Shown here piece after piece: positions 29,148 through 39,498 of a stretch of DNA of 64,000 bases. The stretch's first letter is position 1, and every line of letters starts with the position of its first letter. The notes under the pieces are model-generated. The model made no database searches and was not told the origin of the DNA. It saw nothing but the letters and a program-made list of their open reading frames with translations. The DNA is from an uncultured virus (IMG/VR IMGVR_UViG_3300031669_003759) (lineage: Duplodnaviria > Heunggongvirae > Uroviricota > Caudoviricetes): positions 1 through 64,000 of IMG/VR virus record IMGVR_UViG_3300031669_003759. One strand, given 5' to 3'. The translations under genes were made by a program, and so were the position numbers.

Positions 29148-29813
29148 TTGAAAGGAATTATCATGAGAATAGAACAACCATCCATAAAAGTCCTTTTTCA
29201 TTATCCTATAACTGATGACGGAGAAATACTACAACCTGAAGTCTTTCTTGAAATGGTAGGTAGAACGTGTTATAAGTCTGAAGGTAAGATTACAGAAACA
29301 AGTGCTAGGGATTTCATTAGAATGTTGAATGATCGCGGACACGCAGCGATGTTGGAACACTGTGTAGCTTCTGCACATATTGTATGTAATCGTGGGCTTA
29401 CACATGAACTTGTTAGGCATAGAATAGCATCTTATGGTCAGGAAAGCACACGGTTTTGTAATTATTCCAAAGATCAGTTTGATCATACTATCGGTGTTAT
29501 TATGCCTCCATTCGCTACTACTGATGGCAGGGCTGAAATTGAATGGCGACAGGCTATGGTTGACGCTGAGAAGCATTATTTTAATCTTATTGGGATAGGC
29601 GAACCAGCACAAATTGCAAGGGGTGTACTCCCGATAGATCTCAAAACGGAAATATGGATTACGACTAATCTGCGTGAATGGCAGCATATCTTTAGTTTGC
29701 GTTGTTCGAATAAAGCACACCCACAAATCAGGCAGACATTCCGTAGCGCACTTCCCATTTTTGCTAAAAATGTTCCATCGATGTTTTCAAAACTGAATTC
29801 AAAGTTTTCTTAG
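29148..29813 (+). CDS. thyX: flavin-dependent thymidylate synthase
   Basis: GH.AMLEH, THELVRHRIASYGQESTRF, NLREW...LRC...AHPQIR. Confidence 0.93.
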   Translation: MKGIIMRIEQPSIKVLFHYPITDDGEILQPEVFLEMVGRTCYKSEGKITETSARDFIRMLNDRGHAAMLEHCVASAHIVCNRGLTHELVRHRIASYGQESTRFCNYSKDQFDHTIGVIMPPFATTDGRAEIEWRQAMVDAEKHYFNLIGIGEPAQIARGVLPIDLKTEIWITTNLREWQHIFSLRCSNKAHPQIRQTFRSALPIFAKNVPSMFSKLNSKFS

Positions 29814-29821
29814 GGGGCATT

Positions 29822-30061
29822 ATGAAAAAAGGAAACAATGTAGATCATCCTGAGCACTATAATAAACACCCTGCTGGGATTGAATGTATTGATGTAATCG
29901 AGCACTTTGGTTGTAATATAGCCAATGCTATGAAGTATCTATGGCGAGCAGGGCTTAAACCAAGTTCCGATTTAATTGAAGATTTAGAAAAGGCCAATTG
30001 GTACATTTTGCGTGAAATCGCACGGAAGAAAAAATATAAGGGAGTAAAAAAAAATGACTGA
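29822..30061 (+). CDS. DUF3310 protein (T7 gp1.7/SaV-like)
   Basis: VDHPEHY...IECIDVI...NAMKYLWRAGLK...EDLEKA.WY. Confidence 0.85.
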   Translation: MKKGNNVDHPEHYNKHPAGIECIDVIEHFGCNIANAMKYLWRAGLKPSSDLIEDLEKANWYILREIARKKKYKGVKKND

Positions 30062-31079
30062 ACCCACAAAACTTATATGCTATAAAGGCGACCGTAGTGC
30101 CTGTTGGCTGTACCGCCTTCACGCTCCCATGGTGCACCTTGCCCGAAATAACCCAAAAGGATTTCACATTACAGTAGCAGGATCTATAGGAGAAGACCAA
30201 GTAGGAAAGTATGATTTAGCAATCCTCCAGCGGCAGTATAAACTGGATGTGTTTCAATATATTCTCCAGATGAAAAAAAAAGGAACAAAATTGGTCTATG
30301 AAATAGATGACGACTTATTTCATGTGCCCAAATGGAATCCGTCATATCAAGTTCTAGGAAAGAAAAAAGTACAGGATGGTATTAAATATTTCGTATCTGA
30401 AGTTGATGCAATGTTTGTAACAACCGAAGCATTAAAATCAGTCTACGAAAATTATTGCAAACATATTTATGTGTTACCAAATTCGATTGACTTTGATTTT
30501 ATATTTCCGCTAGATAATCCTAGAGAAAATACATCTAAACCAGTAGTCTGTTGGCAGGGATCTATGACGCATGAACATGATCTTGCTGTTGCCAAAAGAG
30601 AATTTATAAAACTAGCAAAGGATAAAGATATATTATTTAAAATGTGGTGTGGGTTGGATCGGGTAACCAGAAAACCAAATTTTGATATACCGGGGGCACA
30701 AACAATTCAACTTACCCCTTTCGAAGGCTTTTTTCAGATGTTCGGTCAATTAGGGGTTTATATTGGCTTAGCCCCCTTAGCAGCAACACAATTCAATAGA
30801 AGTAAATCAAACTTGAAGTTTTTGGAGTATACAGTGTATAATGCAGTCACTGTGGCATCTGACTTTGGACCATATAAAGATACCATAGAAGATGGCGTCA
30901 CAGGAATTTTGGTTGCAAATAACAATGATTGGTATAATAAGGTAAAGGAACTATTGGACAATGAAGATTTATATACTTCTATATTGACAAATGCAAAGAA
31001 ATTGGTAGCTGAAAAATTTGATATAAACAAGAATTACATTTACTGGGAACAGGCAATCAAACAAATTTTAGGAGAGTGA
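30054..31079 (+). CDS. glycosyltransferase (GT4-like, GT-B)
   Basis: YEIDDDLF, VLPNSID, IGLAPL...FNRSKSNLKFLEY, ASDFGPY. Confidence 0.8.
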   Translation: MTEPTKLICYKGDRSACWLYRLHAPMVHLARNNPKGFHITVAGSIGEDQVGKYDLAILQRQYKLDVFQYILQMKKKGTKLVYEIDDDLFHVPKWNPSYQVLGKKKVQDGIKYFVSEVDAMFVTTEALKSVYENYCKHIYVLPNSIDFDFIFPLDNPRENTSKPVVCWQGSMTHEHDLAVAKREFIKLAKDKDILFKMWCGLDRVTRKPNFDIPGAQTIQLTPFEGFFQMFGQLGVYIGLAPLAATQFNRSKSNLKFLEYTVYNAVTVASDFGPYKDTIEDGVTGILVANNNDWYNKVKELLDNEDLYTSILTNAKKLVAEKFDINKNYIYWEQAIKQILGE

Positions 31080-31080
31080 T

Positions 31081-31509
31081 ATGTCACCAACAGTCTATTT
31101 CGTTTTTATAACTTGTCAGTTCGGTATCTGGCTAGGATGGGTAGAGGAGTCTGAATATAACATATGGAAAACTGAGAAATGTGCCTTGACGCTGCATGAT
31201 GTTCGCGGCTACATTTTTCAGCCCGTACCAGGATCCAACGATAGAATGGCTGTAACAATTGGCCCGCCATATCCTGGGGATACAAAGCAGCTAGAGATCG
31301 CATTGTTCCCACATTCAGTAGAAATCATCGGAGAAATTCGTACTGAAAAGGGAGTTAAAATATGCACAGGAAGTCCTACCCTCTACACTCGCTATACAGA
31401 AGCCTTGGATAAGTGGCGTGCAGCATTGTCAAACATTCACACACCTACCCCCTCTGATATTGCAAATTTATCAAAGATGAAGAATGTGACAAAGTTCCCC
31501 GGAAGATAA
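31081..31509 (+). CDS. hypothetical protein
   Basis: 142 aa, AGGAG RBS. Confidence 0.55.
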   Translation: MSPTVYFVFITCQFGIWLGWVEESEYNIWKTEKCALTLHDVRGYIFQPVPGSNDRMAVTIGPPYPGDTKQLEIALFPHSVEIIGEIRTEKGVKICTGSPTLYTRYTEALDKWRAALSNIHTPTPSDIANLSKMKNVTKFPGR

Positions 31510-31510
31510 C

Positions 31511-31870
31511 ATGAAAGCAAAAAAAGAAAGTTTTATACTAGGAAACCTGGATAAAAAGACCAGGTTAGATGCTACACAGCATGCGTTTGTAATTAAAGAG
31601 AAAACTAAAGCGACTGATGGGACAATTAGCTGGACTAGTAAATATTATTATTCAGAGATTGGTGACGCAATTCGTGGATATGCACGCCATGTACTGCGTC
31701 GTCCTAGCATGGCCAAACATTTAGATGGTGACATAAAGACTTTGATAGAACTTATCAGCAAACTCGAAAAAACAATTAAAAAGATGGGTGATAAATTAAA
31801 TTTACAATTCGACAGGCAACTGCAAGATCCTGTAGAATCTCATCTATTTAATTCTGAGGATTCAAAATGA
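31511..31870 (+). CDS. hypothetical protein
   Basis: 119 aa in operon. Confidence 0.55.
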   Translation: MKAKKESFILGNLDKKTRLDATQHAFVIKEKTKATDGTISWTSKYYYSEIGDAIRGYARHVLRRPSMAKHLDGDIKTLIELISKLEKTIKKMGDKLNLQFDRQLQDPVESHLFNSEDSK

Positions 31871-32490
31871 ATCATAAAGTAAATACTGCAGATTACTACA
31901 TTGGGAAGATAACTAAGAAATATATCATTGATTTTCTCAATGCTTTGTTATTTTCTAATTCAGTTCTTTGGGATGGTAACGACCAATTTAATGAACTGCC
32001 AATATTTAAGACTACTGTAGAAGATGGAGTTCATAAGGAACAACGCGGTGCGCTATTTGTAAACAGTAAAAGCTCCAAAGCACTGCGGTTATCTATAATA
32101 GCCATAGAGACTACTATTCAGCAAGTGTGCTATAGACTTTGCGGATTGAACGAACCACTCAGGATCGATGAGGGTAAACGACTGTATTATCCATTAGATG
32201 GGATTGTTATTGATGTGTCTATCGCAGATTTAAATTTAGGCAGCAGCGAACCTGCTTCCTACTCGTTCTCAGATAATACGAACAACACAGGAAAACTTAA
32301 CAATAAAAAATTATTTACTATTCTTAATTATCTGCTTACTTCAACATTTATTACAATAGAAGATCCTGAAATTTTTGCGGATTTGACAGAAGATCATTTG
32401 AGTTCACCTCCTATCCCTTCCGATCCACATTTTAGGCCAGTATTCGGAGTCCGAGATGTCATCGATACCGTTGATAATAGCAGGAATTGA
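31867..32490 (+). CDS. hypothetical protein
   Basis: 207 aa, ATGA-coupled. Confidence 0.55.
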   Translation: MNHKVNTADYYIGKITKKYIIDFLNALLFSNSVLWDGNDQFNELPIFKTTVEDGVHKEQRGALFVNSKSSKALRLSIIAIETTIQQVCYRLCGLNEPLRIDEGKRLYYPLDGIVIDVSIADLNLGSSEPASYSFSDNTNNTGKLNNKKLFTILNYLLTSTFITIEDPEIFADLTEDHLSSPPIPSDPHFRPVFGVRDVIDTVDNSRN

Positions 32491-32496
32491 CCTGCA

Positions 32497-34089
32497 GTGG
32501 TAAAAAATAGAATAATGAAAAAAAAGACACAAAAAATTCTTTTAGGAAAACATTTTGGAAAACTAGTTGTTATAAGGGCTAGTAAAAAAAGAAAAAGAGG
32601 AGATATTGTATGGGAGTGTTTATGTGAGTGTGGTAGTACCATTATGCTTCCCACGTATCGATTACTATACAAAAGTGGAACACGCAGTTGTGGGTGCTTA
32701 GTGGGCAGTAAAAGAAAAGAATTAACAGGTAAGCGTTTTGGGAAATTAGTCGCCCTCGAACCAACAAATATAGTAAAAGGTAAAAGTATTGTTTGGCGGT
32801 GTATCTGTGACTGTGGAAATGAAGTACTTGTAAAAAGTGGTCATTTACTTAGTAGTGGACAAAAAGGTACGAGCAGTTGTGGATGTTTAAAAGGAAATAA
32901 ACTCAATTTAATAGGAAAAAAATTTGGGAAACTTACTGTTATCCGGGAAACCCCACAACGGAGGACAACTTCTACAGAATGGGAATGTTCTTGTAGTTGT
33001 GGAGAGTATATTACCGTTCCTGCTACTTATCTAGTAAGAAAGAGTAAAAAACCGAAACATTGTGGCTGTTTAAATAAAAAGTTTGGTGAAGATGCTGCCT
33101 TTAATGTATTGTATCAATCATATAAAAAAAGAGCAGCAAAAAATGGATTAATATTTACATTAACTAGAAAGGAATTTAGAACATTAACAAAACAACCTTG
33201 TGTTTATTGCGCTTCTAAACCATTTCAAGTTCAGTATATCGGAGGAAACAATCGAAAAAGACATGAATATATTTACAGTGGAATTGATCGTATAGATAGT
33301 TCTAAGGGTTATACTTTAGATAATTGCAGTCCTTGTTGTAAGATCTGCAATTTTGCTAAAAGTAATATGAATGTAGGAGAGTTTTTACTTCATATAACTA
33401 AAATAATAAAAAATAATAAAAAAATAATTTTAACATTACAGAATAAACACATAATTTCTACTACAAATGCCATAAAGCTTACAAAACATATTAAGAAGAT
33501 AAATAATAAGGAGAATACTATGAAACATTTTAAAAGTACTTATGTAGGATTAGATTTAAGTCTAACTAATACGGGTATCTGTGTATTAGGAACTAATAAT
33601 AGAATTATACATTTAGATGTAATAGCTACAAAAAAATTAAGAGGGGGTGATAGATTAATTTTCATAAAAGAAGCTATCAAAAATATTCTTAATAAATATG
33701 AAGATACAATATTAAATATTTTTGTGGAAGGATACTCATATGGAAGCAGAGGTCGCGCCGTGTTTAATATCGGGGAACTTGGAGGTGTTATCTCTGTTAT
33801 GTTATTAGAAAATAAACATAGCTACTTTATTGTGCCACCCAAAACATTAAAACTGTTTATATGCAATTCAGGGAATGCCCCAAAAAGTATTATGTTTGAA
33901 CAAGTCTATCGAAAATATAAAATTGGTTCAGAACATCTTTTACACGGAAATGACAATGCGTTAGATGCTTTTTGTTTGGCTAAATTTGGGGAAAGTTATA
34001 CGCAATGGATGTTAGGAAATATTAATTATTTAAATTATGAATTAAGATCATTCAAAAAGATTAAAGACAGAATAACTTTCCAAGGATGA
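32497..34089 (+). CDS. HNH homing endonuclease with three Cys-rich repeats, in frame with a RuvC resolvase
   Basis: 3x GK.FGKL...W.C.C.CG...SCGCL, then GIDRIDSSKGY..DNC.PCC..CN, then RuvC. Confidence 0.75.
   Translation: MVKNRIMKKKTQKILLGKHFGKLVVIRASKKRKRGDIVWECLCECGSTIMLPTYRLLYKSGTRSCGCLVGSKRKELTGKRFGKLVALEPTNIVKGKSIVWRCICDCGNEVLVKSGHLLSSGQKGTSSCGCLKGNKLNLIGKKFGKLTVIRETPQRRTTSTEWECSCSCGEYITVPATYLVRKSKKPKHCGCLNKKFGEDAAFNVLYQSYKKRAAKNGLIFTLTRKEFRTLTKQPCVYCASKPFQVQYIGGNNRKRHEYIYSGIDRIDSSKGYTLDNCSPCCKICNFAKSNMNVGEFLLHITKIIKNNKKIILTLQNKHIISTTNAIKLTKHIKKINNKENTMKHFKSTYVGLDLSLTNTGICVLGTNNRIIHLDVIATKKLRGGDRLIFIKEAIKNILNKYEDTILNIFVEGYSYGSRGRAVFNIGELGGVISVMLLENKHSYFIVPPKTLKLFICNSGNAPKSIMFEQVYRKYKIGSEHLLHGNDNALDAFCLAKFGESYTQWMLGNINYLNYELRSFKKIKDRITFQG
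33520..34089 (+). CDS. ruvC: RuvC-like Holliday junction resolvase (internal start)
   Basis: AAGGAG RBS before ATG 33520; VGLDLSLTNTG, IFVEGYSY, ELGG, DNALDAF catalytic motifs. Confidence 0.8.
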   Translation: MKHFKSTYVGLDLSLTNTGICVLGTNNRIIHLDVIATKKLRGGDRLIFIKEAIKNILNKYEDTILNIFVEGYSYGSRGRAVFNIGELGGVISVMLLENKHSYFIVPPKTLKLFICNSGNAPKSIMFEQVYRKYKIGSEHLLHGNDNALDAFCLAKFGESYTQWMLGNINYLNYELRSFKKIKDRITFQG

Positions 34090-34165
34090 GATTGCTACAC
34101 TCAAAGGAATGAACCCTAAATGCACACTGTAAATTAACGTAAAGTAGGTATAAGAAAATATTCTC

Positions 34166-34801
34166 ATGTTAGCTAATCTTGTAAATATAATAGTCGTAGG
34201 GTATGGACCAAAGGTAAAACATTTGGATAAAGCGTGCTTAAATAGTATACTTTTTAATACTAGCCACCCTTATATTATTACATATTTTGACAACTATGCT
34301 TCTGGAATGTCTTTAACCGCAGTTTGGAATAAATTAGTTAAGTTCAGTGATACAAAATTTATTTGTTTATTGAATAATGACACGCGAGTAACAGAAAATT
34401 GGCTAGGAAAACTTGTTGATACATTAACCACCGATGAGCGTATTGGATTTGTTGGTCCATCTGGTAATTGCCACTCGGTACAATCTTCAGTTGTATCTGA
34501 GGAACACGCGCAAAAGCACATTGGAAAAGTAGTTATGTTAAAAGATCCACCCAGCGGTTTTTGTTTATTGTTCAGAAAAAAAATATGGGATGAAATAAAC
34601 GGATTTAATGAACCGTATAATCTTTATGGAAGCGAAAGCGATTTTTGTGATCGTGCTACAAAAGTTGGGTATAAGTATGCTTGGAGAAAAGACGTATTTA
34701 TACACCATTTAGGCGAAAGTAGCTCAAAAGCCTATGCAATTGATACGATAAAAGAAAGAGAAAAAGCAAAAAAATTGTATTGGGAATCCCGTGATAAATA
34801 A
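34166..34801 (+). CDS. GT2 family glycosyltransferase
   Basis: CLLNNDT, GFVGP, GFCLLFRK, GFNEPY.LYGSESDFC, IHHLG. Confidence 0.8.
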   Translation: MLANLVNIIVVGYGPKVKHLDKACLNSILFNTSHPYIITYFDNYASGMSLTAVWNKLVKFSDTKFICLLNNDTRVTENWLGKLVDTLTTDERIGFVGPSGNCHSVQSSVVSEEHAQKHIGKVVMLKDPPSGFCLLFRKKIWDEINGFNEPYNLYGSESDFCDRATKVGYKYAWRKDVFIHHLGESSSKAYAIDTIKEREKAKKLYWESRDK

Positions 34802-36074
34802 TAAAAAACTATGGAGTAACGAAGATATTATATTTTTAAAGAAACACTATGCAACTAATGGTGCCCTTTTTATCCATGAACAATTAGGTAGAAGCATACA
34901 TGCTATTCATAATAAGGCATCCTTGTTATCCTTAACGTATAGTAAGCCTAAAGCTAAAAAAATATGTGTAGCTGCAGGATGTACTAGCCCTGTATGTGCT
35001 TTGGATTTATGCACCAGGCATTATCAACAACAAAATATTAAAAAAACAAGGGCAAATGGGTGCACACGTAGGGTTTGTTTGCACAAATGGACAGAGGCTG
35101 AATTGGCTATACTAAGAACGCAATTTCCTATAGGTGGAAAAAATTTAGTCGCATCCATTCTGCAAATAAGTAAAAATGTAATAAAATATAAAGCACACAA
35201 ATTATGTCTTCGGTATACAAAAGTAAAACAATTATGTGCAATGCCTCTTTGTAACAATCCTGCAATATATCGTGGTTATTGTTCAGTTTGCCGTGGTTTA
35301 GCTGAAAAGCATTCAATTACGCTTATACAATATTTAGCATTACTTAATTTACAAAACAATAAATGTGGGATTTGTGGAAAGGTAGAAACGAAACAACAAT
35401 GCGGAAAAGTACAAAATTTGTGCGTTGATCATGACCATAATACATCAGCTATTCGTGGGCTTTTATGCCATAATTGTAATGCAGGGTTAGGTTTATTAGG
35501 GGATGACTTAATAGTTATTCAAAAGAATTTGACAGCATATATAAATAATTCCTTTAAATTTAGGATTATGGAAAGAAAGTCATATGTGGATAAAGCTAAA
35601 CGTAGGAAAGATTATCCATTGTATGCGTCATTCAAAATTAATTTAGAGGAATATATATTTATGCTTGCGCAACAACATAATGTATGTGGGTGCTGTGGTC
35701 AAAAAGAAAATATTAAAAACGCGGGTAAACTAAGTGATCAACTCTCCATAGATCATGTACATAATAATTGGATTTGTAGAATATGTGGTGTTTCTATGCA
35801 GACACACAGTCGTCCTGATAAATGTTTTGGTTGCTCTGCACACTCTAAATTTATTCGTCCAGTAATACGTGGGTTATTATGCGGTAGATGTAATAGGGGT
35901 ATAGGAAAATTAGGAGATAATCCCCCAGTCATTTTACAAAATATTGCAATCTATCAGGAAAATATTAATAAAGTGCAATATGTATTAGAAGAAGCCAGTG
36001 TAAAGGCATCAGGAATGAACGTAGAGGCTGCCCGTACAGAAGCTAAAAAGATTTATTGGAGTACCAGAAAATGA
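34791..36074 (+). CDS. homing endonuclease with two endonuclease VII-type domains
   Basis: Two copies of Q...C..CG...L.(V/I)DH.H...IRGLLC..CN.G.G.LGD; N-terminal W(S/T)..E..FL repeats. Confidence 0.8.
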   Translation: MINNKKLWSNEDIIFLKKHYATNGALFIHEQLGRSIHAIHNKASLLSLTYSKPKAKKICVAAGCTSPVCALDLCTRHYQQQNIKKTRANGCTRRVCLHKWTEAELAILRTQFPIGGKNLVASILQISKNVIKYKAHKLCLRYTKVKQLCAMPLCNNPAIYRGYCSVCRGLAEKHSITLIQYLALLNLQNNKCGICGKVETKQQCGKVQNLCVDHDHNTSAIRGLLCHNCNAGLGLLGDDLIVIQKNLTAYINNSFKFRIMERKSYVDKAKRRKDYPLYASFKINLEEYIFMLAQQHNVCGCCGQKENIKNAGKLSDQLSIDHVHNNWICRICGVSMQTHSRPDKCFGCSAHSKFIRPVIRGLLCGRCNRGIGKLGDNPPVILQNIAIYQENINKVQYVLEEASVKASGMNVEAARTEAKKIYWSTRK

Positions 36075-37132
36075 CCATGCATGTATGTATTGCTACGCCG
36101 CATACCCGAGTCTCAGGGGGAACAAAGGTACTTTTGCGGCTGGCCCAATTATTACGATCATTTGATATTACCATTACTGTCCTTACACAGGCTCTTTCCA
36201 GCATAGAGTGGTTGGGAAAACCTCCACAATTTGAAATTAAACAAGTTGATAATATTTCAAAGTATACGGTTCCACCAAGTTGTACACATCTGATTACCTA
36301 CGGTGATGGTCAATCATTTGGACCAATGCCGGATATTCCTATAGTACTTTATCTGCAGGGATTTGGAACTAGTCAGTATGAACGAGAATGTATAAATTTG
36401 ATGTATCCGTATAATGCAGTTATTACCACGTCTAAATGGTTGGCAAATATCGCTGAGAAGCAATTCAAACATAAAAATGTAAGGATAATTCCTCCAGGGA
36501 TTGATCCTATTTTCATTCCTAGGGAAAGACTGCGATCCCTTGCAGATTTAAAAATTGACCCTTATTGGAGTTGGGATATTAAAGAACCAGAAAAAGTAGA
36601 TACAGATTCTATGCTTACGATTGGCTGCCTCTATCATCATGCCGGTTCAAAAAATATGGAAGAGTTTTTCAATGCCATGAATGCCGTTCACAAGGACCAA
36701 GAGATCCGGGTACTGCTTTTATCTGCCAAGGAAGTACATAAAGACGTATTCAAAAATGCCAAATGTCCCTATTATGTTTATGTAAATCCTCCTCAAGATA
36801 GAATTCCTTATCTATATTATCTTTCCAATATATGGGTTGCCCCCAGCAAGAATGAAGGTTTTGGGCTATGCCCCTTGGAAGCAATGGCATGTGGCACACC
36901 TGCAGTAATTAAACCTTCGTTTGGATTGGATGAATACTTAATTGATAATCATAATTGTCTATTATTCAACAATTCAATGGAACGAAGCAATATGGCACTA
37001 CGTACTGGACTTCTTCTAAGAGATAAAGAACTACAAACAAAACTTATAAAAAATGGGATTGAGTTAGCAGGGAAGTTTACGTGGGACAAGTTCATAAAGT
37101 CTTTTTTGAGGGTACTTGAAGATACAAAATGA
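36071..37132 (+). CDS. GT4 family glycosyltransferase
   Basis: SGGTKV, IIPPGID, PSKNEGFGLCPLEAMACGTP. Confidence 0.88.
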   Translation: MTMHVCIATPHTRVSGGTKVLLRLAQLLRSFDITITVLTQALSSIEWLGKPPQFEIKQVDNISKYTVPPSCTHLITYGDGQSFGPMPDIPIVLYLQGFGTSQYERECINLMYPYNAVITTSKWLANIAEKQFKHKNVRIIPPGIDPIFIPRERLRSLADLKIDPYWSWDIKEPEKVDTDSMLTIGCLYHHAGSKNMEEFFNAMNAVHKDQEIRVLLLSAKEVHKDVFKNAKCPYYVYVNPPQDRIPYLYYLSNIWVAPSKNEGFGLCPLEAMACGTPAVIKPSFGLDEYLIDNHNCLLFNNSMERSNMALRTGLLLRDKELQTKLIKNGIELAGKFTWDKFIKSFLRVLEDTK

Positions 37133-38052
37133 ATATAGGATTCATAGAACCCGGATTACACGTCTGTGGCGGTATTAGGCGAATAATGGAAGTATCCAAT
37201 CGTCTGGTTGGATTAGGTCACAATGTTACGCTTCTCACACCAACGGGAAGTCCGTGCGTGTGGTTGCCCACTAAGGCTGAAGTTATTAAACTTGACAAAA
37301 TAGCAAATAAACAATTTGATGTAATAATTTTTAATTTAGCTGAACAGTATAAGCATGCAAAGATAGCAAAAGCTGCAAAAAAGATATTTTGGGTGTTGGC
37401 ACCGGAGGCATTATATAAAAATCCGGAAATACCAATTCGAGCACTTAACCAAGGATTCTATTTAATTGCCAATTCAACATTCACAAAACAATATATAACA
37501 AAGCATGTCACTAACAAATTAGATTATGACATTCCAATAGTTCCTGGAGGTATTAATCCAGAACATTTTAAATATGATTCGACAATTCCTACACAATACC
37601 ATGCCATGTACTATGGTTCAAAGCGCCCATGGAAGGGGACAAGCATTATAGAGACAGGATTACATAGCACTAAATATAGTAACTTTCTAAAGATGGAGGG
37701 ATTGAATACACCCCAAGATCAATTGTATAAATTATATAATAGTTCAACTGTGTATATTTCAGCAGGGCAAGCCGAGGGATTTAATTTCAATATTTTAGAG
37801 GCTTTTGCATGTGGTTGTCCAGTAATTTGTACTGATGATGGTGGTAACAGGGATTTTGTTAGAGATGGAAAGAACGCACTTGTGGTACGCAGGAATTCAC
37901 AAGATATAGCTAATGCAGTAAACAAATTATTGGATAATAAACAATTACAACGAGAATTACGGAACGAATGTTTAAAAACTGCAAGAAATGTAAAGTATGA
38001 TTGGGATGTTGTAACTAAGAAATTTGAGAGTATTGTAGGTACGTTGATATGA
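37129..38052 (+). CDS. GT4 family glycosyltransferase
   Basis: CGGIRR, KRPWKG, EGFNFNILEAFACGCPV. Confidence 0.88.
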   Translation: MNIGFIEPGLHVCGGIRRIMEVSNRLVGLGHNVTLLTPTGSPCVWLPTKAEVIKLDKIANKQFDVIIFNLAEQYKHAKIAKAAKKIFWVLAPEALYKNPEIPIRALNQGFYLIANSTFTKQYITKHVTNKLDYDIPIVPGGINPEHFKYDSTIPTQYHAMYYGSKRPWKGTSIIETGLHSTKYSNFLKMEGLNTPQDQLYKLYNSSTVYISAGQAEGFNFNILEAFACGCPVICTDDGGNRDFVRDGKNALVVRRNSQDIANAVNKLLDNKQLQRELRNECLKTARNVKYDWDVVTKKFESIVGTLI

Positions 38053-38723
38053 ACATATACGATTATTATGATTTCGGTACTGCATCTGGTGGCAGCTTTA
38101 ACTTCGGGAAAAAGTTTAGCGGTAAGTCTGGTCTTGGGGTTGAAATACTGAAGCATAGAGTTGACAAATTACACATTAAAGGTATACCGTGCCTTCTAGC
38201 GGATATTGCTAAGCATGATTTTGGCAGTGAAAAAGTAAAATTTATACTCATGTGTCATTTTTTAGAGCATTTGAATGATAAAAAAATGGTTAAGCATGTT
38301 ATTGAAACAGCTTCAAAAACGGCTACTGATTTTATGTATATAGAGGGTCCATCTTTTGATTTTGATAGTTATTTGAAGGGTTTGGGTTTTAAATTTTTCT
38401 GGTTGGATGGGTGTGGTCATAAGATAAGAGTTACTATTAATTTATTGAAAACGATTTTTTCTGAATTGGGACTCAAAGACTTTACGTTTCAAACCGAACG
38501 ACCTTATGTAGTTGATTCGACATCGCGTGATATTTTTCCGTATAATTACCCAACTACTCACACATATTTTGATTCTAAAATTCACGGATCTAAACGTATA
38601 GTTAAGTTTAGTGATGGCGTTTTTAGATCATTTAATGTGTTTATTTGGCTTAACAAAAATGTTGATAAAAATAGAAGACAGACTTTATTAAATAAAAGAA
38701 AAATATTCTCAGTATATAAATAA
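38049..38723 (+). CDS. SAM-dependent methyltransferase-like protein
   Basis: YDFGTASGGS, GLGVE, MCHFLEHL. Confidence 0.65.
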   Translation: MNIYDYYDFGTASGGSFNFGKKFSGKSGLGVEILKHRVDKLHIKGIPCLLADIAKHDFGSEKVKFILMCHFLEHLNDKKMVKHVIETASKTATDFMYIEGPSFDFDSYLKGLGFKFFWLDGCGHKIRVTINLLKTIFSELGLKDFTFQTERPYVVDSTSRDIFPYNYPTTHTYFDSKIHGSKRIVKFSDGVFRSFNVFIWLNKNVDKNRRQTLLNKRKIFSVYK

Positions 38724-38748
38724 CTACAATTGGTACGAGAGGTTAATA

Positions 38749-39498
38749 GTGAATCTTTCAGTAATAATAACATGCAAAGATAGACTAGAAAATTTAAAGT
38801 TTTGCCTTGCTTCTATCCGTGCATGTGGTCCAAGACCAAGAACAATAGTAGTGGATTTTGGGAGTAATCAGCCGTTGGCATTTCCGGAGTACAAAAGCTG
38901 GGTTCGTATCATACGAGTGGATAGATCTACAAAAATGTTTCATAAAGCGCGTGCAATAAATATTGGAATTAGGAATGTTACTACACGCTTTTTGTGTATT
39001 ACTGATGCAGATCAAATTTTCCAACCTAATTTTTTTGGTGTCGTAAAGCAGACGCTACAAAAAAATACAAACGCTTTTGTAATGTGCAAGTCTTATTTTT
39101 TGACAACGACACCAGCACTTATTCCGTTTTCTTGCAATGGAAAAGAGTATTATAAATTTTTAGAAAGAGCAAAACAAAGTGGTATAATCCTTCACGGAGA
39201 TGGATGTTGTAATGGCGTTTCTACACAATGGGCAATAAATGTTCACGGCTATGACGAAACATATGTTAGATACAGAGCACAAGATTCTGATTTTGCTCTA
39301 CGAGCTGTGCGAGGAGGTCTTACTAAAGTATGGATTCATGGTAAGACTAGTATGATTCATTTACCGCATTTACGTCAGGGTGCATATTACGAAGGTGATA
39401 TAAAGGTTTATAACAAAGCCAAGTACAAACAAAAAACAAAAATGCCAACGAAAGCGATCCTTGTCGCTAACCACAATAAGGAGTGGGGAAAACTGTGA
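38749..39498 (+). CDS. GT2/GT7-like glycosyltransferase
   Basis: VVDFGS, KARAINIG, TDAD, GYDE.Y..Y.AQDSDF..R. Confidence 0.8.
   Translation: MNLSVIITCKDRLENLKFCLASIRACGPRPRTIVVDFGSNQPLAFPEYKSWVRIIRVDRSTKMFHKARAINIGIRNVTTRFLCITDADQIFQPNFFGVVKQTLQKNTNAFVMCKSYFLTTTPALIPFSCNGKEYYKFLERAKQSGIILHGDGCCNGVSTQWAINVHGYDETYVRYRAQDSDFALRAVRGGLTKVWIHGKTSMIHLPHLRQGAYYEGDIKVYNKAKYKQKTKMPTKAILVANHNKEWGKL

Noticed and set aside
32497..34089. Cas9/IscB-like nuclease because HNH and RuvC share an ORF
   Set aside because: The RuvC is contiguous and resolvase-type with its own RBS; no bridge helix or flanking RNA seen.
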